This document shows positions 40,641 to 54,800 of a stretch of DNA of 64,000 nucleotides, one piece after another. This DNA comes from Octopus sinensis (lineage: Eukaryota). Each line of letters starts with the position of its first letter. Positions within the stretch are counted from its first letter, which is position 1. Under the pieces are notes generated by a model. It was not told where the DNA came from. It saw only the letters and a program-made list of their open reading frames with translations, and did no database searches. The stretch is taken from the NCBI RefSeq assembly GCF_006345805.1, contig NW_021833062.1, positions 27,481 to 91,480 of the forward strand, in the 5' to 3' direction. Made by a program: the position numbers and the translations under genes.

Positions 40641-41411
40641 GCTACTAAACCTACTACAACGACTAACGCTACTACTACTATTACTACTACTACAACAACT
40701 ACTACTACAACTACTACTACTGCTGCTGCTGCTGCTACTACTACTACTACTACTTCTAATATTACTATTACTTCTACTACTATTAATACTGATACTAATA
40801 CTACTATCATTACTACTAATAATAATAAATTATGGATGACAGGATTGGCGGTAAAATAAGGATAAGTAAGACCAGGTTTTAGAAAAGATAAGGAACATAA
40901 GAGATGCTGTCCAAACAAAAGAATATCTTAAGTGAAAATATGAACAGCATTACCATTGAGGATGGAACAATTGTTATTCTGACATTTTAATGTCAGAATA
41001 ATACACGACATTTTATGAGGAACACTCAGTCATTTAAATATATGTTAGAAATTATGGAAATTACATATATTAGTTGACAACGTAATAGAAAATTGCTCCT
41101 TTAATGAGTTACTGAACACCTGTTGTCCCGGGTTCTTATTTTCTTTTTGAAATATAAATGTTGCACTGATATATGATCATTAAACAAGTGCGTGGGGTTG
41201 AATGATTCCGTACAAAGTAAGTAGAAGTATTTTCAAAATGTCTCGCTTTTCCATCTCTGATTTAACTTTTGATCTTGTATGTAAAATAAGGCATTTCTCA
41301 CGTTCTTCGAAGTGTCCCACCAACGAGGGTATCGATGTTAGATGTGTCAAAACGAGTGTCGTGCATAATAATTCAAATTCCCGTATATTCCACATTCTGT
41401 ATTACAGTGTA

Positions 41412-41494
<83 letters not shown>

Positions 41495-41805
41495 TTATAT
41501 ATATGTTTGTGTGTGTGTGTGTTGTGTATTTATATGTTTGTGTGAGTGTGTATATACAAGATAGAGAGAGAATCTGTATCTCTAAGCTGATACCACATAT
41601 TTTGTCCGTGGTCTTTTTCTAATGTATAAGGCTCCTCAGAGAGATGTACCACCTCATTGATAGGCATCATCATCAACATGTCTTTCCTTTGCTTGTTTAG
41701 ACCATAATCATAGTGTGAACCATCTGGAATATTTCAATTACGTAGCTTTGCATTACGTCTTTAAAGTTAAATGTAACCAATATAAATATTTTTGTATATA
41801 TTTGA

Positions 41806-41861
<56 letters not shown>

Positions 41862-42504
41862 AGGTTTATTGATAGATAGATAGATTGATTGACATATATA
41901 TATATGCTTATATATTAATAAATATACATACATATATGTATGTATATATATTTGTTTACCAGTGTAAATATCTATCGATCTATGTGCCTCTTTCTCTCAC
42001 TCTCAATACATATATAATATATATATACACACATACATAAGTATGTAGATATGTGTACACACAAATACATATATAATATATGTATTGATGTACCTGTATA
42101 TATATTTATTTATTTATATACATTTTACCTATATATACACATACACACACAATCACAGACACAAACAAACAATTTTATATAATATATATATTTATACACA
42201 AACATATACACAATTATATATAAATGTATATATACAAAGCCTTCGACATAGTAACAGTTATGTATACAATTTCAACAGACACAACTGTCATTCTATAAAC
42301 ATACGTTTACATGTACATACACATTTATACACGCGCAGACACGTCTACATACATCAATCTTAAAATCACGCATACAGGCATACACACATACATGCATACA
42401 TGCATACATATATGTACACATACGTACATACATGCATGCATAAATTCATATTTACTTACATATATATATACATGCATATATACATAAGTGTATACATACC
42501 TACA

Positions 42505-43010
42505 AAAATGATGGCTGCCCTTCGTTATCGAGTATGGCCAGTGCACGAAGCTTAATTTTTATTGGTTCTGTGATTGAATGTGACATTTTAGACCAGCTAA
42601 AATATCTATAATGTCTTGTACAGAATTGGAAACTAAAACATTTACCGGTAGTAGATGTCTGTAGTTGTAGCTGGTCTTCATGTACCTTTGCTTGTCGTTT
42701 AAGTCCTCCTGTCGAATTACACTCTCTTCGACATGCCCGACAAGTATGATTAGTATGGTGAGTAACACCACCACCAGTGGACTTGTCAATCATCTGTCTC
42801 GCTTTATGACTACGAAGATGACTCTTGAGTCCAGCTTTACTGAGGCAGGGTCTTCCTCAGAAACTGCACGTCAGCATCATAGGAAAACCCTTCCCATCTG
42901 GAGGTGTAACAGCGATGACCTTCCTGACATCCCTCCTTACTTTCGCAAGTGCAACTCGAGATTTCTCAAAAGTGACTGACCCCTTGTGCACAATCCTTTT
43001 CCACCTGCTA
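42505..43010 (-). mobile_element. 3' end of an RTE (BovB-like) LINE with zinc-finger-like repeats
   Basis: RWKRIVHKGSVTFEKSR..RK..CSF*GRPCLSKAGLKSHLRSH, CRACRRECNSTGGLKR. Confidence 0.6.
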
Positions 43011-43259
43011 TACATGCATACATACATATGCGTAAAAACATGTATACACACGTACAAATGTTCTCACGTGCATCATAAAATGCACACATACATGAGTAGC
43101 TGCATGCATTCATAATTTCAGCTTTGAAGTGAAACTAACGTTTTTTTGTGAGATCTTAAATGTCTTAGAACCATCTTCCACGTTGCAGTTGTTTTTTTTT
43201 TTGGACATATGATTTCAGATCACGTCACTTCCTATGCAAATACATCTCTCCATATATAT

Positions 43260-44295
43260 ATATCACCTTGATCACTTTTACCGACCAGTCCGTCAGGCGT
43301 CCATTTGACACCGCTGGTCGAAGCACGCTGTCCACTATTCCCTGGATCACGTCCTTCTCATCCACGTGATCCCAATCGTCCACCTGAATTCGTAACTCCA
43401 CCGCAGTGAAGGTCTTCCGCTTTGTTTTTACCGCTCGCGCGGGTACCATTCGACAACTATGAGGGCCCACCGATTATCGGTGAGCCGGGCGACCTGTCCA
43501 GCAAATCTATATTTGCTGCGTGTATACTCTGCGATGACATCTCTCACGGCGGACGTCTTTCTGATGATCTCGCTACCGATGTGCTCTCTCAATGAGATAC
43601 CAAGCATAGATCTTTCCATGGCTCTTTGAGCGGTTACCAGTCACTGCTTTTCTCTCTTTGTTGTAGCCCATCTTTCACAGCCATAGAACATTGCAGGTAG
43701 AACTGTACTGTTGATGATGTTGGTGCGGGTGATCCTGTCCAGCCTTCCCTTGAACACATCCCTTATGCCAATAAACGCCATCCTTCCTGACCTTACTCTC
43801 CGTGAGATCTCCTTTTTGATATCTCAGCACATATTCACTTCTTGTCCCAGGTAGACATATTATTTTACATCCTCTATTTCATCACTACCGATCACCATTC
43901 GACATGTTTGTACGTATTCTGACCGCATGAACTTTGTTTGCATGCGGTTCATCTTGAGACCTACTGCAGAGCTTTTGATGTCGAGCTCCGTCAGCATGGT
44001 CTGAAGCTGATCCGTGTTTTCAGCGATGAGTACGATGTCGTCAGCGAAACGAGATGGGTGAGGAGCTCGCCATTGATGTTGACACCGCCTTGCCAGTCTA
44101 TGCCTCTGATGATCTTTTCGAGACATGCAGTGAAAAGTTTTGGGGAGATTGTATCTCCTTGCTTCACTCCTTTCTCCACCGGCAATCGTACGGTTGAAGA
44201 CAGTAGAGCTTTGTCGGTGGTGCATCCAGGATTCGCTTCCATGAGCAGCTGCACATATTGCTCTCCGACTCCTTGCCTCCGCAATGCAGAGGCAT
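43260..44295 (-). mobile_element. 5'-truncated RTE-clade LINE
   Basis: KGVKQGDTISPKLF, RFADDIVLIA, GLKMN, MERSMLGISLREHI, AGQVAR.TDNRW..EWYPR. Confidence 0.9.
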
Positions 44296-44299
44296 ATAT

Positions 44300-44490
44300 A
44301 TAGGGAGAGTTTACGAAAAAAAACCAAAAGACGAAGACAGGTGGTGTACAAAAAAAATCATATATATTAGTATAACGCTCAGGAATAGAAAAAAGTATTT
44401 AACGTTTCGAGCCTACGCTCTTCTACAGAAAGGGACACAGAAAAAACAAGGAGAGAAAATATTGTGAGTTGTGGCTAACAATCAATCATA
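44300..44490 (-). mobile_element. Short interspersed repeat with hammerhead-like motif at 44398-44431
   Basis: Reverse complement TTT CTGTAGAA GAGC gtag GCTC GAAA CG TT AAA; homologous to 27315-27515. Confidence 0.6.
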
Positions 44491-44639
44491 TATATTGTCG
44501 TCGACATGGTGAAGCGTTATGAGCGTTGCCTTTCTACGATCTGCACCATACACTAGCTGAAACAATCAATAAATTCTATAACGCCAGCCAAAGTCGTTAA
44601 AACATTTTATATACAGAGGACATCAATTCATGTAAATAT

Positions 44640-45125
44640 GCAACAGCTATTTATGGTGCGGTTGACGGAGAAGAAGCTCTTAGGAGATACCCTGAAGGTG
44701 TCTCTAATCTTCGAGAATACACGAGCAGCATAAGCTAATTTGCTCCAGCAGAATCCAGGCATTTGTACGGTCGCGACATCATGCGAGTCGTTTAAAGCTA
44801 GTCGGGGATGGTTTTAGAATATTAAAAAGCCAACCGTCATTCACATCCTGGTCATGCATGGTGAGGTAGCAAGAGTGGATATGAAGGTAGCTGAGCGTTA
44901 CCTGAAAACTTCTGCCAGAATTAATGCAGCCGACTGATACATCCGCCAGCAAGTCTTTAACTGTGACGAGACAGGAAATTTTGTAAGAAGATTCGCAGGA
45001 GGACTTGTTCAGGAGCAAAGGAGAAGAGGGTGCCAGTGCACAAACCCATGAGGCGTAAGCTAACCCAAGCAGTATGAACCAATACGGCGGTGGTGACAAG
45101 ATTAAACCGCAGCTCGTTTATCGTA
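44640..45125 (+). mobile_element. pogo/Tigger-type DDE transposase fossil
   Basis: FKASRGWF..HGEVA..QQVFNCDETG..HKPM..KLT..GDKIKP. Confidence 0.75.
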
Positions 45126-45254
45126 GAGAATTAAACTAAAGCGGTTTTATACCCAAAATATCGAGAGTTACCCATTTTTATTCTCAACGCATATTAACGC
45201 GAATCGGTGGCTCACATCGCATCAAATTCCTAAGATTTTCGCTGAAACAATACG

Positions 45255-45269
45255 ATGATCCCATACACG
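45255..45269 (+). other. Possible upstream exon end (ATG ATC CCA TAC ACG|GTAAGT) of gene copy 2
   Basis: Perfect donor at 45270 in unique sequence; in frame with the acceptor 30 nt before the signal-peptide ATG. Confidence 0.3.
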
Positions 45270-46249
45270 GTAAGTGTGAAAATTTTAAAGAACATTAGGG
45301 GCTAATAAATAATTTTGCAACATAATATATGAAATATATGCATGGATTTAGTGAACGATGGGCATTTCCTACACGAGTATCGTTATAAATATAGGTGATC
45401 TCTACTCAATAGTCGCTACAGCACAATCCTAATGCGTTGACAAAGGAGTCAATCTCCTCTCATGTCCGCAGGTATAGCCATATTATCGATTGTTTCGCAA
45501 TGTGATGCTTCAAGGATCTTAACGCTCCTCAGTGGTTCTCAGCGATACAAGGTTTAAAAGCATCCGTCTTGTGAGCTTACAAGCTTTCAGCTGAGTTTAT
45601 ACTCTGATTTCATAAACATTGGAAGTTAGACGTATGAATATTATTATAGGCAAATTCAGAAATTTACTACCTTTGCCCTACAATATATGCGACACTAAAC
45701 TGAATGTATCCGTTACTAATGAGAACAAAATGCAATAATCACCAACAGAATTGCTAGAAATGATAGTAAAAACAAATGAATAGCCACAGTGTCATAATCT
45801 TATTAAAGATCGCATATACGGCCAGAGATACGACGATTTCGTATGTTGATGCTTGACGCAGCTTATCGCTCATCGGTGATTTTGTAACCAACTGGCCTTT
45901 TCATCTTAAAAGATTTAACTTGAAAATATACGTGAATTTTATGTAGGATAAAAATCGAAATTATAGATAATATAGGTGGTTACTTAGTTTTTTCCCAGGT
46001 GAAGAAAGAAATGAGTACGTATCCAAACGTACCTTACGCTATCATATATACATAGAGTCATCCGTGCATTTAAATATTTGCAAAAGTTGAACTTTATACG
46101 TATTATACTTGAACTAATTTTAATGGATACTTACTTTTAATATTTTTACTTTTGGAATTTATAGTACGTTGCATATATTACAATATACTAAAAGTTATAT
46201 ACTTTAGTTAGTGTACTAAACAAAGTAAGTATACTATCCATATAGTATA

Positions 46250-46414
46250 GGCGCATGAGTGACTGTGTATTAAGTAATTTCTTTACCAACCACATGGTTG
46301 CGGGTTCAATCCCACGTCGTGGCACCTTGGGCAAATGTCTTCTACTATAGCCTCGCGCCGATCAAAGCCTTATGAGTGGATATCGTAGACGGCAACTGAA
46401 AGAAGCCCGTCGTA

Positions 46415-46464
<50 letters not shown>

Positions 46465-46704
46465 GGTGTGTGTGTGTGTGTCGTGTATGTTTGTGTGTCT
46501 CTGTTTGTCCCACTAGTATTGCTTGTCAACCGATGCTGGTGTCTTTATGTCACCGTTACTTAAGTGGTGCGGCAAAATAGACCGATAGAATAAGTACTGG
46601 GATTACACACAATAAATCTCGAGGTCGAGTTGTTCGACTAAAGGCGGTGCTCCAGCATGGCCACAGGCAACTGACTGAAACAAGTAAAAGAGTAAGAGAG
46701 AGAG
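46250..46704 (+). mobile_element. Full-length tRNA-derived SINE (Octopus-type) with internal (TA)n(TG)n
   Basis: B box GGTTCAATCC ~46303, CCTTGGGCAA core-like motif, 3' tail GGCGGTGCTCCAGCATGGCC..CTGAAAC. Confidence 0.85.
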
Positions 46705-48639
46705 ATATGAATTTTCCTGCCTAGTTATTCATATAACCTCATGGGTCTGGGAATTATTTTACTAATCCTTCTCCAAACCTGTTCCACCCACCTGATATTA
46801 GTATTTATAAAGGTCTTTATGTAAGTAGCCCTTCTAATTAAGGGCAACTAAGGAAGAATAATACCATGTTTGGATTAACCCTACAAAATTTTAAAAGCTA
46901 TATTATACCTCTTTCTTTATAATTAATATATAATTATCATGTCCAAGAAAATCAATAATCCTTTAGAGAATGTCATGTAAAAATCTTTAGACATGCTAAC
47001 TTAGTAAATAAAGCGTTTTATAGTTTAAATAATTGAATTATTATACATTTTATATAAATCTTCCATTTTGATATTAAATAGGTATATATATATTTCATCA
47101 TGATTTTTGTGATTAAGCTTTTTTATTTCTTTTCAATTGCGTTTTACCCTACCTGAACGTTTTATTATTTTATAAATACTACATTTTATGATATAAATCT
47201 AATATTTGTACACCTAGAAAATCTTACTTAGCATACATATAACAGTACTGGTATCTTCTCAGGTCATAATAAACTGCTTAGGTTATACTTTAATTAATAT
47301 ATATTTAGCATGTACTTTAGACTTAGTATAACTTTATTAAATACCAGTAATTGCCAATGGTCAATCTTCATAGATTCCATCTAATAAGTTAAGATTTAAG
47401 TATATAATATGAATAAATATTTAACTATTTCTATGTAATTGCTTTCCACATTCTATTGTGGTAAATTTTGGTATATGCTAAAAAGTCTTCAAACATTTTA
47501 TCCTTTTGGTTATAATATTCTTCTTAATAATCTTGATAACCCTTAATTTTTTAAATGTACACAATATAGCAATATAGTTTTAAAGTATTCAACTATAGTT
47601 CCCCATGATAATATTTCCCCTGGTTTTACTAAAGTATCGCTCATTTAATTGATAACGAAATATTTTCCTTTACCAAATCTCATTATATTTCTTCAAAGTA
47701 ATCTTGACAATTTTATGACTATACCCACTATGATTTCTGTCAACTCCCTCAGCCCCTTTCCTAACAGAAACTGCTCCGTTTTCCTTTGCTTTAGATTTCG
47801 ATATACAAAGATTTGATATACAAAACTATAAATTAAAACTGACTACAAATAACAGTGACAAGATAGATCTCTAACAAGAGTTTGTTTCCTGATAACTTGC
47901 TAGCTTTTAAGCCGAAGTGAAGACAGAATGATCTTCGTCGTTCTTTTTCCTTCTTGGAGGTGTTTGTTAAAATTATCCTAATGTGTCCATCTGTTTAAAT
48001 TTAATTAAATTCTATGTACTTTTGCAGCAGAGGATTGCTCTGCAATTAAATGGATGTAATGGTTGAATTGTTCACTTAAATGGAGTGGCTTCAATCGATT
48101 GTACTGCATTATCGCAGGATATTCTGTTGCTAAATTTTGATTTCAATGACCTTATTTGGAAATGTAAGGATAATACCGTACTAAACTGTAGAGATGCGAC
48201 GCGCGTTACTCCCCAACATCCGAAACTCGGAGTTTTATCTTGGCTACCGCATAAGTGTCACATTTTACAAACACATATATATAGTGTGTGTATTGGTATA
48301 AGTGTGCCTCGAAAGAAAGGCGTTTCAGGTAGATTTTAATAGATGTATGAAGAGCATTCGATGTTATCCACTTCCAAAAAGTTTCAACGCCAGGGAATAC
48401 GAAGGCAAAACTAGAATATGTGGATATTTCTATTCAAATATAATGCGTAAGAATTCCACTTACTAATATTTAATTACAAATTATTTAAATAATTCTTTCT
48501 TTGCCGATAACATATTAGAAAAATTGTTGCCTTTAATAAACGAGGGAAACATGACACATCAGGTGAGGTTGTATGTATCTAAAGTGCTTTAAAATTAAAA
48601 TCTTAACAGTTGCCATTGTGTTTGACACGAATAACAACG

Positions 48640-48682
48640 ATGAAATATGTTCTACTACTTCTCCTTTTAATTCTCCTGCAAG
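48640..48682 (+). CDS. Signal-peptide exon, extra copy in the 2.38-kb duplication
   Basis: Same peptide as 145-187 (one synonymous CTA>CTC), acceptor AG 48608-48609, donor GTAAGT. Confidence 0.65.
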
Positions 48683-51020
48683 GTAAGTAAAATCCATATC
48701 ATTTCACTTCATCTCGCAACGAGTGAGGTATCCATTATCTCTCAATACGTATATATGTATGCCCGTCTCTCTACATCCCTCCCCACCTCTCTCCCCCTCT
48801 CTCTCTCTCTCCATTTATATATATATATATGTGTGTGTGTGTGTGGGTGTGTGTGTGTGTGTCGTGTATGTTTGTGTGTCTCTGTTTGTCCCACTAGTAT
48901 TGCTTGTCAACCGATGCTGGTGTCTTTATGTCACCGTTACTTAAGTGGTGCGGCAAAATAGACCGATAGAATAAGTACTGGGATTACACACAATAAATCT
49001 CGAGGTCGAGTTGTTCGACTAAAGGCGGTGCTCCAGCATGGCCACAGGCAACTGACTGAAACAAGTAAAAGAGTAAGAGAGAGAGATATGAATTTTCCTG
49101 CCTAGTTATTCATATAACCTCATGGGTCTGGGAATTATTTTACTAATCCTTCTCCAAACCTGTTCCACCCACCTGATATTAGTATTTATAAAGGTCTTTA
49201 TGTAAGTAGCCCTTCTAATTAAGGGCAACTAAGGAAGAATAATACCATGTTTGGATTAACCCTACAAAATTTTAAAAGCTATATTATACCTCTTTCTTTA
49301 TAATTAATATATAATTATCATGTCCAAGAAAATCAATAATCCTTTAGAGAATGTCATGTAAAAATCTTTAGACATGCTAACTTAGTAAATAAAGCGTTTT
49401 ATAGTTTAAATAATTGAATTATTATACATTTTATATAAATCTTCCATTTTGATATTAAATAGGTATATATATATTTCATCATGATTTTTGTGATTAAGCT
49501 TTTTTATTTCTTTTCAATTGCGTTTTACCCTACCTGAACGTTTTATTATTTTATAAATACTACATTTTATGATATAAATCTAATATTTGTACACCTAGAA
49601 AATCTTACTTAGCATACATATAACAGTACTGGTATCTTCTCAGGTCATAATAAACTGCTTAGGTTATACTTTAATTAATATATATTTAGCATGTACTTTA
49701 GACTTAGTATAACTTTATTAAATACCAGTAATTGCCAATGGTCAATCTTCATAGATTCCATCTAATAAGTTAAGATTTAAGTATATAATATGAATAAATA
49801 TTTAACTATTTCTATGTAATTGCTTTCCACATTCTATTGTGGTAAATTTTGGTATATGCTAAAAAGTCTTCAAACATTTTATCCTTTTGGTTATAATATT
49901 CTTCTTAATAATCTTGATAACCCTTAATTTTTTAAATGTACACAATATAGCAATATAGTTTTAAAGTATTCAACTATAGTTCCCCATGATAATATTTCCC
50001 CTGGTTTTACTAAAGTATCGCTCATTTAATTGATAACGAAATATTTTCCTTTACCAAATCTCATTATATTTCTTCAAAGTAATCTTGACAATTTTATGAC
50101 TATACCCACTATGATTTCTGTCAACTCCCTCAGCCCTTTTCCTAACAAAAACTGCTCCGTTTTCCTTTGCTTTAGATTTCGATATACAAAGATTTGATAT
50201 ACAAAACTATAAATTAAAACTGACTACAAATAACAGTGACAAGATAGATCTCTAACAAGAGTTTGTTTCCTGATAACTTGCTAGCTTTTAAGCCGAAGTG
50301 AAGACAGAATGATCTTCGTCGTTCTTTTTCCTTCTTGGAGGTGTTTGTTAAAATTATCCTAATGTGTCCATCTGTTTTAATTTAATTCAATTCTATGTAT
50401 TTTTGCAGCTTAGGATTGCTCTGCATTTAAATGGATGTTATGGTTGAATTGTTCAATTAAATGGAGTGGCTTCAATCGATTGTACTGCATTATCGCAGGA
50501 TATCCTGTTGCTAAATTTTGATTTCAATGACCTTATTTGGAAATGTAAGGATAATACCGTACTAAACTGTAGAGATGCGACGCGCGTTACTCCCCAACAT
50601 CCGAAACTCGGAGTTTTATCTTGGCTACCGAATAAGTGTCACATTTTACAAACACATATATATAGTGTGTGTATTGGTATAAGTGTGCCTCGAAAGAAAG
50701 GCGTTTCAGGTAGATTGTAATAGATGTATGAAGAGCATTCGATGTTATCCACTTCCAAAAAGTTTCAACGCCAGGGAATACGAAGGCAAAACTAGAATAT
50801 GTGGATATTTCTATTCAAATATAATGCGCAACAATTTCACTTACTAATATTTAATTACAAATTATTTAAATAATTCTTTCTGTGCCGATAACATATTAGA
50901 AAAATTGTTGCCTTTAATAAACGAGGGAAACATGACACATCAGGTGAGGTTGTATGTATCTAAAGTGCTTTAAAATTAAAATCTTAACAGTTGCCATTGT
51001 GTTTGACACGAATACCAACG

Positions 51021-51063
51021 ATGAAATATGTTCTACTACTTCTACTTTTAATTCTCCTGCAAG
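51021..51063 (+). CDS. Signal-peptide exon, gene copy 2
   Basis: Identical to 145-187; acceptor AG 50989-50990; donor GTAAGT at 51064. Confidence 0.78.
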
Positions 51064-51187
51064 GTAAGTAAAATCCATATCATTTCACTTGATCTCGCAA
51101 CGAGTGAGGTATCCATTATCTCTCAATACGTATATATGTATGCCCGTCTCTCTACATCCCTCCCCACCTCTCTCCCTCTCTCTCTCT

Positions 51188-51245
<58 letters not shown>

Positions 51246-51422
51246 ATATATATAGATAAATTGATTTAACAAATATAAATATATTTGTGTCTATGAATAT
51301 ATATGCATGTATGTATGTATATATATGTATATATATATATATAAACATATATATAGATAGATTGATATAACAAATACATATATTTTTGTGTCTATGAACT
51401 TATATGCATGTATGTATGTATA

Positions 51423-51459
<37 letters not shown>

Positions 51460-51527
51460 ATATATATAGATAGATTGATATAACAAATACATATATTTTT
51501 GTGTCTATGAACTTATATGCATGTATG

Positions 51528-51564
<37 letters not shown>

Positions 51565-51819
51565 CACCGTGATCGCCGTGACTGACCAGGCTATCGGATG
51601 CTTCTATACATCGCTTATCACCATGCGCTTCGCAATGTTTTTATTTCAATGACGCCATCCCGAGGGATAAGAGTGCAGGCCAACAGAAAAAAGAGCGAGA
51701 GAGCTTTGTCGCGAAAGAGAACAGGAGGGATAGCCATCACCTCCTGCTGTAGATGTCTCTGCACACACAGGCATACACACACACACACACTTACACACAC
51801 ATATATATATATATATTTT

Positions 51820-54800
51820 GGCGGGGGGGGGCACACACCACATTCCCCAAAACGGAGGTACCCAGATATAATGCGTGCTACAAACCACCAGCATATTATT
51901 GAAAGGTCAGCTGCTGAACAAGAATCTTTCTTGCGCATGGCATAAAAGATTGAACAGCAGCTAACCTGGCTCAATCAAACTCAAACTCGCAGATGGGACT
52001 ATCCACAATTCACAAGACCGCCACAGCAAATAGACCCAAGCTGGACACCACTGGCAAAAGCACACACATCTCCTCGATGCTCCTACTGAACATCAGAGGA
52101 CTGCTAACACACAGTAACAGGACAAAAATCCCGTTCTTGAGACACCTTGTTGCATTCAATCAAGCCTTATGCATAGTACCTTCGGAAACACACCTGAAAC
52201 CGGACATAGTAGATGCAGAAATACACATACCGCAGTATGTTGTACTACGGACATACAGAAAAGAAAGGAGTTATTGAGGAGTAGCCATGTACATCCGCTA
52301 GGACCTCACACCTCAGGTCTTTTGTCATGCTCAAATTCGGTGTAAGACACACTAATTGTACATATAAGGCAAATTGGTGTAGTTATATGTGCTACATATC
52401 GCCCTCCAGCTGCCCCAAGCCATGTGGGCAAGTTTGAAGATTGCCTTATAAACATATAATTTCTAGTCACATTAGAACAACACAAAACTTTACTTCTTAT
52501 GGGAGACCTCAATCTGCCAATGTCAAATGGCCCGAGGGCCTTTTTCTCACAGGAATGACACGATGTGAATGAGGACAGGCGAGGTCCCTCCTGAAACTTA
52601 TCAACACTCCGTACATGGAGCAAGTACTACTCCAACCAACCAGGGCAGGTAACATACTGGATCTCTGCTTCACAAATAATATGGATCTCATCCATAATGT
52701 GAAAGTGACACAGACACTACTCTCGGAACACAGCATGTTAGAGCTGACCAACTACGGGCCAAAGGAAAGCGTGGACATGCAGCCTACAAGAAAACCACAG
52801 AAACTTTCCAGCTTGAACTTCCATAAGGCAAACTGGAAACAAATTGAGGAAGAGATCCTCAAACAAAACTGGCCTGAATGTCTATCCTTGATGGACATCG
52901 ACATGAAACTTCAACAATTCATGTCTGTAATGCAAGCCATATGCTTCAAATGTGTCCCAGAGAGAAAGGCCACTGTACATAAGAGCAAAATTGCCAGAGA
53001 AAGGAAAATTCTAATGAGACGGCGTACAAAATTTCAAATCGCCTAAACAAAAAATTGAAAGCAGTGAAAAGTCCCACCTGAATATAAAACTGTTGGAAAT
53101 TGAACCCATGAAAAAGAAAGAGCAGACAAAGAAGCCTGGGCTTTAGGCAACATAAAATCTAACCCCAGAGCTTTCTACAGGTATGCCAAAGAAACAGCTA
53201 CGGTGCACTGTAGGATAGGGCCACTCCTTGAAAATGATGGCACGCTCACAGGAAACCCAAAGAGGATAAGTGAAATACTAAATGAGCAATTCACGAGTAT
53301 TTTCACTCCAGCCCTAGGGCATATTCATGTCAGCAATCCAACTGACTTCTTTACCACTGCAGATATAAAACCAGGGGCTGCGATGTAATAAAAACGATGT
53401 AATAAAGGCTATAGTTAAATTGAAAACAAACTCAGCTACTGGCCCCGATGGATTCCCAGCAAACCTCTTAAAAGTATGTAAGAGAGTCCTAACAAGACCA
53501 CTGCAGTTCCTCTTTCAGAGCTTCCTTGCAACTGGCAAATTTCCAAGAAAACTGAAGGTAAAATATGCCCTATTCAGAAAGGAGGTAGCTGAGCGGAGGC
53601 CAATAACTACAGACCTGTCTCTCTCACCTCACACACCAGCAAGATCATGGAACGAATGGTCAGAAGAAAACTATTTACTTTCCTTAAAGAAAATGACTTG
53701 CTTCCTGACACCCAACATCGATTCTGACGAGGAAGAAGCTGCCTAACTCAGCTCCAACAACACTATGACTGGGTGCTGAAACGACTGCTCAACCACTCAA
53801 ATGTGGAAGTGATATATCCCGACTTTGCAAAGGTCTTTTATAAAGTCGATCGTGGAATGATATGTCAGACACTGCGTGATCTTGGCATCGTAGGAAAATT
53901 GGGAGAATGCCTTCATGACTTTCTGAAGGATAGAATCCAAGATATAATAGCCAATGGGGTCACTTCCATTAACCCGCAAATAGTGGGCGGTGGTCCGCAA
54001 GGCACTGTTTTGGGACCACTGCTGTTCATAATGGCCCTTTCTGACATGAACTCAGCCACACAGAAGTCCACGATCACACGTTATGCAGATGATACAAACG
54101 TTTCACAGGCAATACTGAACACTGAAGACACTAAGCACCTACAATGTGACCTGGACAAAATATACAAGTGGGCTGAAACGAATAGCATGCAGTTCAATGC
54201 TGAACAGTTTCAAGCTTAATGCTATCAGCATGCAATACTAAAAGCAATACCCAATAAATTCACTGGGCCTGGTGGAATTGCAATCCCAGAGTCAAAATCA
54301 GTGCGAGACCTGGGTATTTACGTGAGTGATGATGCAACCTTTCATGTGCATGATGCTAATTTGGCAATGAAATGTAGGCGGCTGACCGGATGGATTCTTA
54401 GTTTCTTTAGAAAAAGAGACCAGGAAACCATGATGGTCAATTGGAGGACACTTGTCCTAAGCCACTTTGACTATTGCTCTCAGCTATGGTCACCAGCCAG
54501 TGTCAAGTAATTCACAGAACTTGAGGCGATCCAACGAAATTACACGAAGATGATAGCCTCCGTGCAGCATAAGAGCTACTGGGAAAGACTCAAGAGATTA
54601 AGACTCTATTCATTAGAGCGTAGGCGAGAGAGATATGCCATAATATACATCTGGAAGATCCTAGAAGGACTTGTCCCAAACTTTGGCATCGAGAGTTACA
54701 CAAATGCTACAACTGGGTGCCACTGCATAGTGCCAAGGACTCCAAATTTGCTATCAAGATGTAGGACAGATGCTGAGATAGCCTGGGCTTCAGCGGCCCA

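Larger units (their letters stand above)
46430..51200 (+). repeat. Near-identical tandem duplication, period 2381 bp
   Basis: ORF-track pair 48085/50466; junction in (TA)n at ~48815 where post-exon sequence jumps into the SINE 3' half. Confidence 0.92.

Noticed and set aside
46720-48340. AT-rich duplicated stretch and 84-aa ORF (48085/50466) as a gene or PLE
   Set aside because: No start codon, splice pair or recognisable motif; conservation simply reflects the recent duplication
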